DNA of 64,000 bases from the NCBI GenBank assembly GCA_964016885.1, contig OZ024743.1, forward strand, positions 169,322,001 through 169,386,000, given 5' to 3'. Positions 47,292 through 61,306 of this stretch are shown piece by piece. Source of the stretch: Eledone cirrhosa (lineage: Eukaryota). The position numbers were made by a program, and so were the translations under genes. The notes beneath the pieces were generated by a model. The model worked only from the letters and a program-made list of their open reading frames with translations. It was not told the DNA's origin and did not search any database. Position 1 is the first letter of the stretch, and each line of letters opens with the position of its first letter.

Positions 47292-47369
47292 GGTAAGCAG
47301 AAATAATACAATCGGTACAGTATTTGGAAGGAATATATTAGGTTAACGCTTGATATAGCAGGAAGAGAG

Positions 47370-47405
47370 TCGTAACGTTTCGGACACTAGTCCTTCATCA
47401 GAAGA
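47370..47405 (-). ncRNA. Minimal hammerhead motif of another PLE relic
   Basis: CTGATGA-AGGACTAGTGTCC-GAAA-CGTT; stem I imperfect. Confidence 0.65.
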
Positions 47406-48099
47406 AAGAATGAGAAATAAGATAGATTGAAGGGACGGGCGCGTTGGAATTGGAAAAAATGTCTTTAGATAAAAATAGCAGGTCCATTCATGTTGACATC
47501 TCTTGGACAACTGTTGGTGCTGGCGTTTTGAGTATGATTTATTTTTTTAACTTTTTTCTCTGTTTATAATTGTTCGATTTTATTAATTGTTTGCGATTTT
47601 TGTCTTTGCTTTCTACCTGGAAGCCCTGAATGAGCTATTCTTGGTTCATTTTGAAAAATGTGCCAACGTGGTGTTTGGCATAGCAGGGAACGGACTAAAA
47701 AAATTGTTATATTTTTGCTGTGGTTGTCCGTTCGCTTGTTAACTTCAGAACTGCGCAGACGCAGAGGTGGGGTTAGTTGACCACTTAACCACCACCCAAA
47801 TTAATACCTCCCTAGGTGATTTTCCCAAGCCACCAGTCCATACCACCTCTGCCGGCAAAACGATACAGTCAGAGAGAGTTCAATTCAGCCACTGGATTGT
47901 TGTTCATTGCTAGCTTCAATGTCAAATAGAATTCTATGTTTATGGCCGGAGTATATACTGACCAACAACCACAAAGTGAGAATATAACTTAGTGCTCTTG
48001 TTGATATAAATTCTTGTTCGAAAATAAAATTACAGATCAAAATTAAAAATTTTAAATTTCAAAAATTAAAAATTTAGTCATCAGTCGAATATACTAAAA

Positions 48100-48280
48100 A
48101 TAATTATTTCTACTTTTGGCACAAGGCCGGCAATTATCCCAGTGCATTACTGGTACTTTATTTTATAGACCTCGTAAGGATGAAAGGCAAAGTTAACCTC
48201 GGCGGGAATTTAACTCAGACCATAAAGGGCTGCAAAGCATGGCGTCCGACCCTCTAACGATACTGTCAATCCACCGCCCT
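48100..48280 (-). mobile_element. Octopus-type SINE
   Basis: Reverse complement of the 36370 family. Confidence 0.9.
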
Positions 48281-48477
48281 TAAAGTAATAATAAATGGGT
48301 TGATGTGCATATTAGTAAGAGTAATCGGGTTCAAAATTGGATATTAAATGTTGATAGTTATTCAGGGAATAAATAGCCTATTAATTTATTATGAAGCCAG
48401 AAAAAACTGGCATATTAACGAAAATGATAGGTGAAATTTAAAGTATAGAACGTAATAATTAGATAATCATATATATT

Positions 48478-51400
48478 TCTTTATTTGCCACAAGGACGCA
48501 CAAGAAAAGGGAACAATACAAAGTCACATGCCGGGGATTTTAAATACAGTCGTGTAAAAATATTGAAACAAACAATTATAACAATCGAAATTCCCAATAG
48601 GGGGGAGGCGCCACAAATGGGTTGTTTAATACCCGTCGATAGAACTACCCTTCAGGAGCGTTTTTGCAAGTGCTCCTTTATTCCTTTTGCTCTTTTCTTT
48701 AACCTACAGGCTTATAAACAGAGAAGGCCCAATCACTCGGGCCATTTTCGCTTCATTCACCCACCTTTCAGTAAATATACTGGGGTGCAGTGCCTCTCTC
48801 TCCACTCTGATTCTCCTTCTAAAGTGATACTTAAAGAAGGGAATCAATTGTTGTCCGGAGTGAAAGGCATCTGTCCTCAGTCCTCTTAATTTCGTCCACC
48901 ATATAACCTCTTTCACCATAGCCACTGTACGGAGGAAAACCGCCTCTCTTTCGTTTTTGAAAGAGGCTGGCGGTTTGATCCTTACTATGGACTCGGCAGT
49001 CAATTGGATTTGTCCCATACGCGACAGCAGTTGTTTTGCATAGTTCCACAGATCGCTTACGCCCGGGCAGTGTACAATTGCGTGCAAGATGGCTTCAATG
49101 TCTTACTCGCATCTTGGACACGTCCTCGTGGAAGGATCCCTGCCGGAGCGTCCGTGCATGTAGATCTTGTCTCGAACGGGTAGAGCTCCTCGGTAGCACT
49201 GCCACGCCAGGAAACTCTAGAAGTTGTCCATAGGTCCCGGGCGGAAAGTCCTACCGAACAGACTGGTGAGCTCGTCGTCGCCGACGCCTAGAGTCTCCCC
49301 GAGCACATCGTCGCACTTGTAAAGTACTAACCCTCTATAGAATGTCGAAGTGGAGTCTCCACTGATTGCTGTGCCCGCTTGACAGAGGACTGTGAGCACC
49401 TGGGCGCATTCAATGTGCCAAGCGCCCATCTTCTTCGGTATTCGCTTGACCCAGGACTGCAGCTCCGTCAGCGAGACAAGTTGTGAGAAGGCCTGTCTCA
49501 CAAACGGTGCCCACACCGGTTGGTCGGTGAGGAATACCTGGAGATGCCGTAGCCTCAGCGCATGTTTGCGTACCATTAGCCACGGCATTCCCAGCCCTCC
49601 GTTGGAAGGGTGTTGGCAGCAGACGGATCTCCTCACCAGTGGAGCCTGCTTCTTCCACAGGAACTGGAAGAGCATGCGTTCCATCTTGGTGGGGTATTCA
49701 CGGGGACAAGGCACGATAGTCAAGCCGTAGTAGATGACGGACGCTATGAAAGTGTTCGCCACCTCCGCTCGACCTTTCAAAGACAGTTTTCACTCTGCCC
49801 ACTTCTGGGTGAGCGCAAATACCTTGGCCATGACCTCGTTCCAGTTTTTCTCCACCTGGAGGTCTGGACCGAACCAGACCCCGAGCAATTTCACTGGTCC
49901 TTCCGTCCAGCGTCCGACGACGCTGTCGGACGGCATCGGTTTGCCTCTCCACGTTCCGAGTTGCAAACCGACAGACATGTCCGGGTTCAGTTTTGCTCCT
50001 GTGAACCTTTCGTATTCCTCTAGTAGGTTGCCGATTACCTCGATTTCCGAGATTTTTGACACCATTACCGTCACGTCGTCGGCATAAGCCGACGCCGCTT
50101 TTCGCAGTCCCAGTTCTAAAGGGATACCCTGCAAAAGCTTCAGCTTCCGCAGTAGTGGCTCTATAGTCAATACGTGCAGAATGGAGGAGAGAGGGCATCC
50201 CTGTCGAATGGAACGCGTGATTGCGAACGGCTCCGATAGGTAGCCATTCACCTTGTACTTCGAGCAGATGCTGGTGTTCATCGCCTTGATCCAGCCTCTG
50301 ACAACCGGACCGAAACCGGCCGCCTTGAGAACCGCTTTCAAGTATCGATGGTCGACCCTATCGAATGCCTTAGACTGATCTAAATTGATCAGAGCCCCAC
50401 CAAAGCCGGGTTTACACCCCACCCGCTCTATGATGTATCGCATGAGGTGGAGGTTGTTGTGTATGGACCTGGTCGAGATTGCAGACGTTGGCGCTTTCCC
50501 TACCAGGTTTTCGACGTCAAGCGCCAGCCTCGTTGCTAGCACCTTGGCCAAAATATTTTACTCTGTGTTGAGCAGAGTTATGGGCCTGAAATTCTTTATT
50601 TTGTCCCCCTTGTTCTCGTCTTTCCTGATCAGAGTTACTACGCCTTTCCTGCAGAACTGGGAAATGTCCCGTTCTGCTGCCAATTACAGTAGACGGCTTC
50701 GAGGATACCAGAGAACAAGTCCGGCATGCCTGTGTAAAACTCACAGGGTAGACCATCTAGACCGGGTGATTTACGTTTCCCGCAGCGGCCCAGAGCGTCC
50801 CGTATCTCAGTGGCTGTGATCGGTCTTTCGCAGAACTCGGCGCCCATGCTCGAGAGACGCGACAGGCCGTCGAGGTATGAACCAAAGTCCATTGTTCCGT
50901 TCGGTGCTCCTTCGTTCTGTTCAAACAGTCGCGCAAAGTGCCGCTGAAAGGCCGCACACATCTGCCTGGGCTCAAGTAGCACGCGTCCGTTTTGGTCTTT
51001 CACATACCGAATCGTGGACTTGTTGCCACTTTTCGCTACCGTCACTCGGGCCCAGTTAACAGCTTTTGCTCCCTCATTTCCTAGAGCATGTGATTTACTG
51101 CTGACCACGCAGCCTTCGTGTTTCGCGTCGAAGAACTGTCTAGTGTCGTTCTCGATGCTAGCACACTAGCTGCGTTGCCACTCCTAAGCGCCTCTTCTAC
51201 CTTGGTTACTAGTTCTGTTTCTGATTTGTTTTTCTCTAAGGCTAATTCTCTGCTAAACCCTATCGATTCTACTCTAATTGCTCTCTTGAGAGAGTACCAC
51301 CATCTATTGTTGACGATGGCTCCCGTCAACTCTTGCTTAACCTATATACTTATCCGTTCACTGTAGGCTTTTCGTGCCGGCAACGACACGTTCAGCTTCC

Positions 51401-52690
51401 AGTATCCGGGTCCTTGTCTATGTATTCTATCACGGTTGACTATGCAGACGACTAGTTTGTGATCTGAATAGGCAACCATGTGCATTTATGGACAGCTTAA
51501 CATCTTCTTGTGCTTCTCTCTAATGAAAAACCTATCTAGATACGATCTAGATGTCCCGCTGCGGTTTGCCCACGTCCACTGTGGTGCAGTCGGGAAATCT
51601 AGTCGATATCTATCGGCCAGCTGGAATTGGCCGATTAGATTTTTGAGGCTGTTGCACCCCGCTCTACTGGGACATGCTCCCACATAGTCCTATAGTGCAT
51701 CCAGGATACTATTCCAATCCCCCACTAAAAGCAAGGAGCGAGACGTTCCCAGAAAAGACTCTAGACGCTTAAAGAAGTCTGGCCGCGATTGTGATTGCCC
51801 GGTAAGGGCATAAACGGCCACCACTGAAGGCTCCACCTCCAATACTGTTCACGTCTAGGACTACCAGTCTATCCTCCGGGTCCAAGTGTACTTGCTGTAC
51901 TTCGAAATCCAGGTTTTTCTGAAATATGACAGTCACTCCTCTCCACCTCCCGGCTAACAGAGAGATGCGTAGATCTCAAAGTCATGGAAGATGGGGGTTA
52001 GTTGCTGCCTGTTGTGGATCCTAGACTCGGTGATGGCTATTACATCTATACCGTGTGACCTAAGGTCGTTTAAAAGTTGGCCCTATTTCCAAGGCATCCC
52101 TAGGCCACGCACTTTCACGCTTCCAGTTTGTTTTGCTAGTAGGGGGACGTTGATTGTGGTGGTGTCTGTGCTGTTGTTTGTGTTGGTGGTTGTGTGTTCG
52201 TGTCAGTGATTGTTGTTTTTGAGGCTTTACGGTGTTTCTTTTTTTGTTTTATTTAAATTTCCGAGTCTCTCCTTCATCTTCACTTGGGAATGGAGAAGTA
52301 GCCTCGTCTGGTGATGAATCATCATCAGGGACGTGTGGGAGGGGTGTGTTGTGTGGTGATGGCGTGTTTCTGTGTGTGATTGCGGTAGTGTTGGATGGAG
52401 TGGGATGGGGTGGGACTGTTTTTCAGTGGAATTGTTTGTGTTTTTTCTGTTGTTTGTGGTTGAATAGTTGTTTGTTTTGTGTGTTTGCTTGTTTTGTGTG
52501 TTGTTGTTGTTGTTGTGGTTTTGGAGTTGGTGTTGGTAAAAGTACATTTTGGGGAGTGGTGGTGTTTGTTCTTAAGAGGGGACAGGAGGCCTTTAAATGC
52601 GATGTGCTTGCGCATTTAAAACAATGTGGCCTCCCACTTCTGCCGAAATGTGTATATAGTTTGTATTGTCTACTGGCACCCTTTCTGGTA
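48478..52690 (-). mobile_element. Tx1/L1-clade LINE, near full-length, degraded (ORF1 zinc knuckle, APE, RT)
   Basis: CFKCASTSHLKASC (CCHC); VGDWN, SYLDRFF, SDHK, GYWKLN; KSPGLDGLP; LDQSKAFDRVDH, RQGCPLS, AYADDV, GGLGMP; AATAAA at the 3' end. Confidence 0.93.
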
Positions 52691-52986
52691 TTTTGGAAAT
52701 TCTGTCCGGTTTCATTTGGACCAAAATTTCCAAGCTTGTGCATATAGTTTCTTGGGTAGTATTGAAAGAACCAAAGTATTCAATAATGAAAATATATTTG
52801 ATAAAACGAGCATGTATTCAATAATCGTTTCTTTTCCATTCTTGGTTATTTTTTTAAATTATACATAGAACTTCATTCATAGTTGTATGAATAACATTAC
52901 AAATTATTTATAATTCTTACAGAATGAAAATATAAGCCCATATAATAAATGTAATTAATTATTACTAGGAACCTTAGAAATATAAT

Positions 52987-53161
52987 TGTTTTTACTTTTG
53001 GCACAAGGCCAGCAATTACTCAGTGCATTACTGGTACTTTATTTTATCGACCCCGTAAGTTAACCTCGGCGGGATTTGAACTCAGAATAGCAAGGGCCGT
53101 AACTCTATGCGTCAAAGCATGGCGTCCGACCCTCTACCGATACTGCCAATTCACCGCCCTA
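52987..53161 (-). mobile_element. Octopus-type SINE with about 18-bp TSD
   Basis: GAACCTTAGAAATATAAT near 52969 and 53172. Confidence 0.9.
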
Positions 53162-55639
53162 GGAATATAATGAACCTTAGAAATATAATGCACAAAAATA
53201 TATGATCACAGCGAAAGAAATATCAAACAAACAAAAGCAACCATGAATTCACCACACACCACAAGGGTCAACAGAAATTGAAAAAGGAAAGCCAACACTC
53301 TTGCAGCATTACCGCGGGTTATGGTGAAGCTAAGGCGTGAATCAACCAACCACCCTCATGGGCATCATCTGATACCTCGGTAAGGCAAGCCGCTAATTGC
53401 ATTGATATTTTTCCATTCGATAGTGCTCATTAGTTGTGCTATTCTAAAGATCCTTATTAAATCTTACTATTTCCAATTTCTTAAAAAATATCCTTAACCT
53501 TTCCGTTACCATATCGTTAACTAAATTGGTTCATAGAACATCTATAAGTTTTTATTTATTTATTAAGGTGGTACTGAGTATACAAAATGCTTTTACATAA
53601 ACCACTTATGGAATTTTTGTTTTAAAACCATTCTACAGAATTAAAATCCGAAATATAAGGTTATTTCAATTTCGTTTAAACATTATTATATATAATGAGT
53701 TCTAAGTAAATATGTAATATATTATATATTATATGATACTATTATACAATATATTATATCATATTTTCGTCTTCGGCAGCTCTTCCTCGTGTCTAAGTAA
53801 TTGTTTTCCTTCATTAAATGTTCTTGTTCACGATGGTGCCTCTAATGACTGGCAAGGTCGATTTTTCCAAAGAAAGATTAAATCCCAATCATACAACCAA
53901 ATGTTAAATTGTATATAGTCAAATATTGCCAGTTAATTTTCTTCATGACTCGTCATATTTTATATGAAGCAGTAATCTAAGAAAGGTCGTTACAGTTCAT
54001 TTTACAGGGAACAGCAGTACCTGAAACCTCACCTAAAATGCAAGCTGATTTTCTGGGTCATTTCTTTGGAGAAGAAAAAAGCCTTTTATAAGCCTCCAAA
54101 AGCGGTACTTCAGTCTCCGTTTCCCAGTTTTATTGGTATTGCCAGCATTTGCATTGGAAGTGATCGCTTGTGTATACATCCACAGGGTTCTCCACAATAT
54201 ATCAACACCTATTGCAATCAGAGATCTAGAGTCAACTCGACCTCCACTCTGTTGACGTCCAATATCCCGCCACTCTGTACAAATGGGATGCAATCCAGTG
54301 TGACAAGGCTTCAGAGAGCCCTGTATGCATGCTTGTCCAGCACCATCTAGTATGTCCTCCAACCCCATACCAGTGCGCTCACTAGCAACTTGTATTCAGC
54401 TGGATTGCGACTGTCTATACATCTGTGTTTCTCTGAAGCTTGGCTTCCAGATCTGCAGGTAACACAAATACCACTGTGGATCCACAATGGATTCCTTCGG
54501 CCTTCATCCACTGAAATGCTGTCGCAGTGCCAATCACATCCCACGTAAACAAGATCATAAAGCATGACTTGGAAGCTGCTGATTTCTTTTTTCAGCTTGA
54601 TTTAGGAGGGTTGGAATGAGGGTATTACAAAAGGCCAGATGACATCACAATCTTCCTGTTCCATAATGGTAACACTTTCTCCAACGCCAACCTGGTGCAT
54701 TCAAAAACAGATCCAGGTTTTGTTTCTCAACAAGCTGAAGATTGCTAGCTGTTGGAGTATTGCCCACTTTCTTAGATGCTTGCAATTGAACTTATAGTGG
54801 TGGAGACTTGGCATTCTTAATCCCTGTACCACCTTCTTTCTCACTGAATCAAACTGGAGTTGGCTAACTGCAGGAATGAGCCGTGTGTGCTGGAATGGCT
54901 GATTCAACATGCCCCCTGTCTATCCACTGGGGTAACGCATTCTCCATTCTGTTTGCTGAGACCACAAGGCAGCTTGCGCCTGGGGTTTTGTATACTAGAG
55001 AGACCCCCCCCCCCATTTTGGCTTGTGTCATTGGAAAAGTGATGGTATGGGTTGCAGGTATCTACATCTGTTGACAGACAGATTATATAATTAAATTAAA
55101 ATACATTTAACTCTCCAAATAGTTATTTGTGGAGGGTTACCCATGTTACTGGGATGATTCATATTATTTTCAGTTGATATTACTTTCAGATTGAAAATCC
55201 AACAAACATGGTTAAATTGTCTTGCAAAAACTAATTTTCAGCATCTTCAAATAAAGCTATCAAAATATTGAGATTGTTACTTGTGATATATTTGATATTG
55301 GCAGCAATGCTGTTCACTTGCAAAAATTCCCCAACAATGTTCAATGCTGAATTATTCAATATTTCAATTCGTAACCATTTTGAGTTGTTCTGAAATAAGT
55401 AATCTGTGTACTTAAATACATAACTATATTATTAACTATTGAACAATTTTATAATCGGGCAAATTACTTGTTTGTCAATATGTGTAAAAATACACAAACT
55501 TTTTCTGGTTCGTTATCTTACACTGTACACACTGGCACATACACATCCATAACATGTTTGCATGTACATGCGCCACAATTAAGAGGTGAAAGAAAGGCCG
55601 GAACTGTTTAGAGTGCGGCTGTTTCCACCACCTTTCTTG

Positions 55640-58190
55640 TATTGACCTGATGCATTGGGCCTCCAGCGCCCTGACAGCGTGGAGATGCTCAAACATCGCT
55701 GGTCAACATCGCTCAGCCCAGGCGGCTCCGGAAAATCCGGCTCATGATCATAAAAACAGCCCGGGTGCCAGTGGCCGACGCCCTCGCATCCTCAATCGAG
55801 AGGGCCCTGGACAGCAGCTTTTGTTAAAGCCATCTTTTCGCCCTTTGGGCAAGTACCCATCCATAGTGTGCCCAAGGATACCCCAGCCTCCGCTCTCAGG
55901 TGCCCTTAATCCTCCACCCCTGAGGCGAGTACACGTCGTTTACGCGACCGCGTAAATGCCAAACTAATTGAGGGTGATTTCTCGGCCGCGGTCAGTGTGG
56001 TCGCCTCGGAGGGCACCGTTCTCCACCCTATCAAAGAGGTCATGACTGCTCTTCGGCCCAAGCATCCTAAGGTACCCACAGACCTCAGACTTATTCCCCC
56101 ATCTGATCCCCACCTGCTATATGTGGCATCAGACGCAGAAATCATGTCTGCCATTAAGTACTTCCTTGCCAGCAGCAGCGGAGGTACTGATGATCTCCGA
56201 CCTGGCCACCTTAAAGTGCTGCTATCCCCTCCCCCCTATCATCTGAAGCAGGCGCCAACTTTAGAGTGCAATTGTGGCACTCATCAACAAGTTCATTCAT
56301 AGCACCTTGGACCCTGATGCCTGGGACCTCTTCTTTTCGGCCAGCCAGACTGTTCTCAGAAAGAAAGAGGGTGGTATACGTCCCATCACTGTTGGCAATG
56401 TCTTTCGGAAGCTGGCTGCTAAGGTTGTCTGCAGGTCCATCACACCTGAACTGGGTGAGGAGCTCAGCCAGGTGTAATTAGGAGTCGGCGTGTCTGGTGG
56501 GTGTGAAGGGGTCGCACATGCAGCTAGGAAGTTCTTCAACAGCTGATCACCGGAACCGGCGTCGAGGAAGGCCAGGCACCTCATTGTCAAGCTTGACATG
56601 AGGAATGTCTTTAACTGGCTACGCCATGACCATCTGCTCGAAGCCTGCCTCAGCTGAGCCTCCTCCACCTACCCGCTGGCCTACCTGTCATATGGAGTCC
56701 CAAGCATGGTCCTTGCTGCTGACATGGTCATACCTTCAGTCACTGGGGTTCAACAGGGTGACCATTTGGATCCCCTCCTCTTTGTTCTTAGGATAGACCA
56801 CATTGATCGAAGCATCATGACCCCATTCAACGTTTGGTACATGGATGATGCCACAATGTGCGGGGCCGTGGAGACAGTTTGCCACAACCTGTGATAGGTG
56901 GTTCCTGCTCTGGCGAGAATCGGCCTCGAGGTCAACTCATCCTAGTCGGAGTTGGTGAATGTCAACCATGACACAATGGGCTTTGCAACCTCCGTCTCGG
57001 ACGTGCGATCCATTCTCCATCAGGTACAGATGACCTCGAAACAGGATATCCTCATCCTTGGGTCACCAATCCCCCCGACGATTATCTGCTCCACATTTAA
57101 GGTCCAGACTCAAACAGGTCACGAGGCTCACAACCAGACAGGGCATAATTGATGCCCATCCAGCCCTCTTCCCGTTGAGGAACAGCATTTCGTAGTGCTC
57201 CTTGCTACAGCCACGCATCTCTCCTCACTGACCTCAATACTGAGTGGCAGCTGAGGAAATATGCAACGTTAGGTTTGATGACTTTGGATGGCAACAGGTC
57301 ACCTTACCGGTTAGAAATGTGGCGTTGGTCTCCAGTCTCGATGGATATGCCGGTATTTCTTTCATCAGTAACCTCTTACCATGTTCCCATCAACATGGTT
57401 CTCTACAACACAACGGAACCGACTGTGATCGAGGAACGTGAGGCCGTCTGCAAAACTTGGAACTGGCTCGGACTCCGTCCAGATGTCCCTGTTCCTCTTG
57501 CCCCTGTAGACGGCAAATCCCCCCCCCCCCCGAGCATATAGGATGCTATCCAGTGCGCGACATATGGCTTCGGACAGGCTAGCATGCTAGCTTGCGCAGC
57601 ACCACCTCGCATGTTTTTGCTCGGCTTTGCAACCCCACAGCGGTGCCTGGCTCAAATCCTTACCCTCATTTTCAACTGGCATGCAGCTAGATAATGATAG
57701 CATGCAAATTGAGGTTTCTCTGAGGCTTAGCCTCCGGATCTTCAAGCCACATAAATATCGCTGCGAATCCACCATAGACTCTTTCAGCCTCCACCGCTGT
57801 CCTGTCACTACAGTGCCAGCCTCCTTCCACACCATGCTGCTCTCAATGAGATCATAAATCATGGCATGGATGCTGCTGGCTTCCCCTCCCAGCTCGAACT
57901 GGCAGGACTGAACCAAGGAGACAGAAAAAGGCCAGACAGCATGACCATCTTCCCATTCCGCGGTGGTAAACCCCTCATCATGTCACTTGCAACAATACTT
58001 TCTTCAGCGGCAACCTGGTGCAGTCTGCAACTAACCGAGTCACTCCTCGGGCTGAGGAGGGTAAACTCTCCATATATCGGTTACTTTCCCACAGGTTTTG
58101 CGGTCGAGCTCGTAGCAGTAGAGACTTCGGGTGTCCTTTGCCATAGGATCACCATCGGCATGGAGTTGACTATCCGTGCATCTCCCTATC
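55640..58190 (+). mobile_element. CRE-clade (restriction-like endonuclease) non-LTR retrotransposon, degraded
   Basis: GGTDDLRPGHLK, KKEGGIRPITVG, GVGVSGGCE, LDMRNVFN, GVQQGDHLDPLLF, WYMDD, SGAWL, RPDSMTIFPF..GK, VAVETSG. Confidence 0.9.
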
Positions 58191-58974
58191 GCTCCTCCGG
58201 GGAAACGCCTTCTCTATTCTGTCTACCAGGGCCATTGGGTGGCCAGCACGAGAGCCCCCATTTGTTTATGACAGTGAGAGATGGGAAGAGCAAAAGAGAT
58301 GGAGGCAGTGACAATGGGAATTTGATTCCCTTATGTTGAGACCTAATATATATGTATATGAGAGTATTGAAGTTTGCTTGAAGCATTGTGGAATAATAGG
58401 TAAATATCTTTAAGTCGTTTGGAAGCCTCGACAATGCAAATGGGTAAATCTCCGGGTAACAAGATCCGGTGGTGGAGAGAGAGATGTAAGTGGGTGTACG
58501 TTGAGATGCGTGGTGTGTATAAGACGTGTAGAGGAATGAAGGAAAGAGTATAAAGGATAAAATAAAAATAACAACACGAGAGAGAGTTACCTTGGGAGAG
58601 ATTTAATTGTCCCTATATATTTCGGATTCACATCCATCAACTGGGGTTTTTTCCGGGGTGGGTGAAAGGTTGTCTGTCGGAAAGGTGCGAAACGCGTCCT
58701 CCGCTGTTTGTTGTTTTTGACACTAGTTAAGTGGATGTTTAAAATATGTCTCTCCCCGTGTTAGTATTAAGACCTATAAAGCTGAACTAAACAATTATCG
58801 GAAGGTAATATAGACATATAATATGAAATCGCTACACCGGTGACAAAATTTTATTTTTACCAAGTAGATTGATATACTTAAAACAACAAATACAGTGTTT
58901 TAAAAAATCTTTTTCAAAAATAATTATAAATAAAACAACCTCTAATATAGTCTTTTGTTAATAAATTACTAATT

Positions 58975-59470
58975 TGTCGATGAGTGCGACCTGCACTCAA
59001 GCCGCCGGAGCACAAGCCAGTTCCCAAATATGCTGCTCTCAATGTCATAATGAGAAGGAGCCTAGACACAGCAGGCTTCCCGTCACACCTGGAGCCAGCA
59101 GGTCTCGACCGTTGAGACAACAAGCGCCCCGACGGATTACCTTCTTCCCATTTGAGGGTGGGTGGGTAAATCTCTTATCTGGGATGTGACATGCTGCAAC
59201 ATGTTCTCCGCTTTCAAACTAGTCGCCTCGGCCACAAACCCCGGAATATAAGCAACTACCGGGGATTGTCCGACGCTTTTCTTTGCACCGGTCATCCTCA
59301 AGACCTCAGGCTCTCTGGCACCCCGTACAGCTAACTTCTTCTGTAAAATCAGAATGACAGTAGCCCGACTGAAGAAGGAGCCCTGTGAGGTGGGTTGGCT
59401 TTTGCAGCAAGTGTCGCTTACCATTGTCAGTGCCAATGTCTTTGCAATATTGTCTGCGGGGCATAGCCAA
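58975..59470 (+). mobile_element. Second CRE-type fragment (endonuclease C-terminus)
   Basis: AGFPSHLEPAGL, PDG.TFFPF.GG..L.WDVTC. Confidence 0.7.
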
Positions 59471-59825
59471 AACACCACTCCGACTTATGTGTAGAGTCTG
59501 TCATCTTATCCTCTTCCCCCTTTCTTTCTTTTGTTGCTTAATAATCCTTGCACTTTCCCTCCGTTTCCTCTAATAGACTTTTGCAATATTACTTTCTTTT
59601 TCTTTATGTTTGACTAAATATTAAATTATTTATTATTTTGATGGAATTTTATCCTAGAAATAAGAAAACATGCTTCGATAAAATTGCTAATACTTTTACC
59701 GTTTTGTTGCAATACTTTACTGCACTCCAGTCGAGGGGCACTTTATTTGATTTTCTCAACTATTATTGGGACGCGCACATTTCAAATATTTATATGTACA
59801 TACATATATATATATATATATATAT

Positions 59826-60780
59826 AGAAGTAGTAACACAACAGTTAGTTCACCATGCCGAGAACAATTGTTTCACCTTATGCTGATCTTCAGCTCGGAC
59901 TTATAATGGTTATACGGAACAGGAAAAGGAGAAACAACCGTATGAATGCGCATGCGCAGAAACGGTCATTTCTCCCAAGCGATAACAATCTACGGTCGAA
60001 AGATGTAAGGGCGATAGCTGCGAATGTCCGGAATAAATTGTTCGAGTTCATTAGACTATTAGAATATTGATGTTATTCAACCCCGAGCTTTGTAGTTATA
60101 CAAGAGGTGTTTCTAGACGTGTGGACAACGGGAGAAAAGTTCATTTCTTGAACTTAGACAATCGCTATTGCGTAATCTCCTTAGAACATTGATCCTTTCT
60201 TCAATACACAGTCCACTAGACGGATTACCCCCTGCGTATGGCTTGGACTTAGTGGTAGCTTTCCATTGAATGGAGTAGTCTATATCGGTGTCTTTGAGAG
60301 ACCATACGTGGCTCGCGAGCTTCGTGGATGATCGTTTGTCCGGGTACCTAAAGGTCGACTGATGGTTCAGGAGGCGTTCCTTAAACTGGCCCTCCGCCAT
60401 ACCCACATAGGATTTGACCTCCTGTTGTTGATTTGGTTGGTTGGAAGTGACCACAGCTTCATAAATTACAGCGGGTGTGATGCATTGCTGTTGAAGGGGA
60501 CAAGTTTCAGGCTTTCGGCCAGAGCAACCTAGTGGGGTGCCGCTCTTAGGGCTGTTGGTGATGTGGACCTTCATATTCTTAGTGCAGGAGTATCCTAGTT
60601 TTAACCTGTGTCTATTAAAGATGGAGCGGTGTTTGTGACCTATGGGAAAGTGTCTATCTAAGAGGGCTAAAAAATATTTTCCTACATTAGTTTTAACGTT
60701 GAGTGAGAGGGGGGGGGGGGGGAGAACTAGATAGTTTGTATATTGGTACCATTTATTTTCTTATTGTTGTTGGTGTTAGT
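59826..60780 (-). mobile_element. Naiad PLE 3' part (GIY-YIG ORF 60113-60574) with short 3' region
   Basis: VKTNVGKYF, IFNRHRLKLGYSC, CPLQQQC..VIYEA..YVGMAEGQFKER..H, RNELFSRCPH. Confidence 0.88.
59858..59898 (-). ncRNA. Type I hammerhead ribozyme
   Basis: CCGAG-CTGAAGA-TCAGCATAAGGT-GAAA-CAATTG-TT-CTCGG; stem II weak. Confidence 0.7.
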
Positions 60781-60794
60781 AGGGGAGTATGTAA

Positions 60795-60950
60795 CACCAT
60801 ACGTTTAAAACTCCCAATTTAGATTGATTTACGGCCCTGGCGAAAACAAATCTGGGATCTGAAGCGCGCTAATATTAAATACACACTACAATGGTCCGTG
60901 CTGAAACTCGCCCGTCCATACCGGAATGAAAGACGCCCATGTGACGCTAT
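60795..60950 (+). pseudogene. Naiad GIY-YIG fragment, opposite strand
   Basis: ALAKQIWDLKRANIKYTLQWSVLKLARPY..PCD. Confidence 0.7.
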
Positions 60951-61030
60951 TTCTTAATTCCTTTTCCTCCCTATCCCCTCTACCTTATTCTTAACTGCTA
61001 CCTCCTCCTTTTCTGGCCTTCTCTCTATAC

Positions 61031-61306
61031 CAGGTATGGGCAATCTTTTTCGTGAAGCGGATCATATGAGATATGGATCATCATCAGGCGGGATAATTTG
61101 CAATCGTGGCCACATTAAAAACAAAAAGGGTGATAACTCAGGTTGTTGTGATTTGTTTCTTCAGAATTCGTACACGTTATTTTCCTCGATCGTAAAAATG
61201 ATCGAAAGATAAATTAGGACTGAAAACTTGGGGTAAAAAAGTCAGAAAGATTTCACTTAGGCGAGCCATTCAGAAAGCTTCGTGGGCCGCAGGTTGCCCA
61301 TGACTG
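61031..61306. mobile_element. hAT (Charlie-like) MITE
   Basis: TIR CAGGTATGGGCAA/TTGCCCATGACTG; 8-bp TSD CTCTATAC/CTTTATAC. Confidence 0.85.

Noticed and set aside
59929-59978. Hairpin in the Naiad 3' region as a SECIS element
   Set aside because: ATGA is present on the minus strand but there is no matching GA quartet or apical AA, and no Sec codon upstream.
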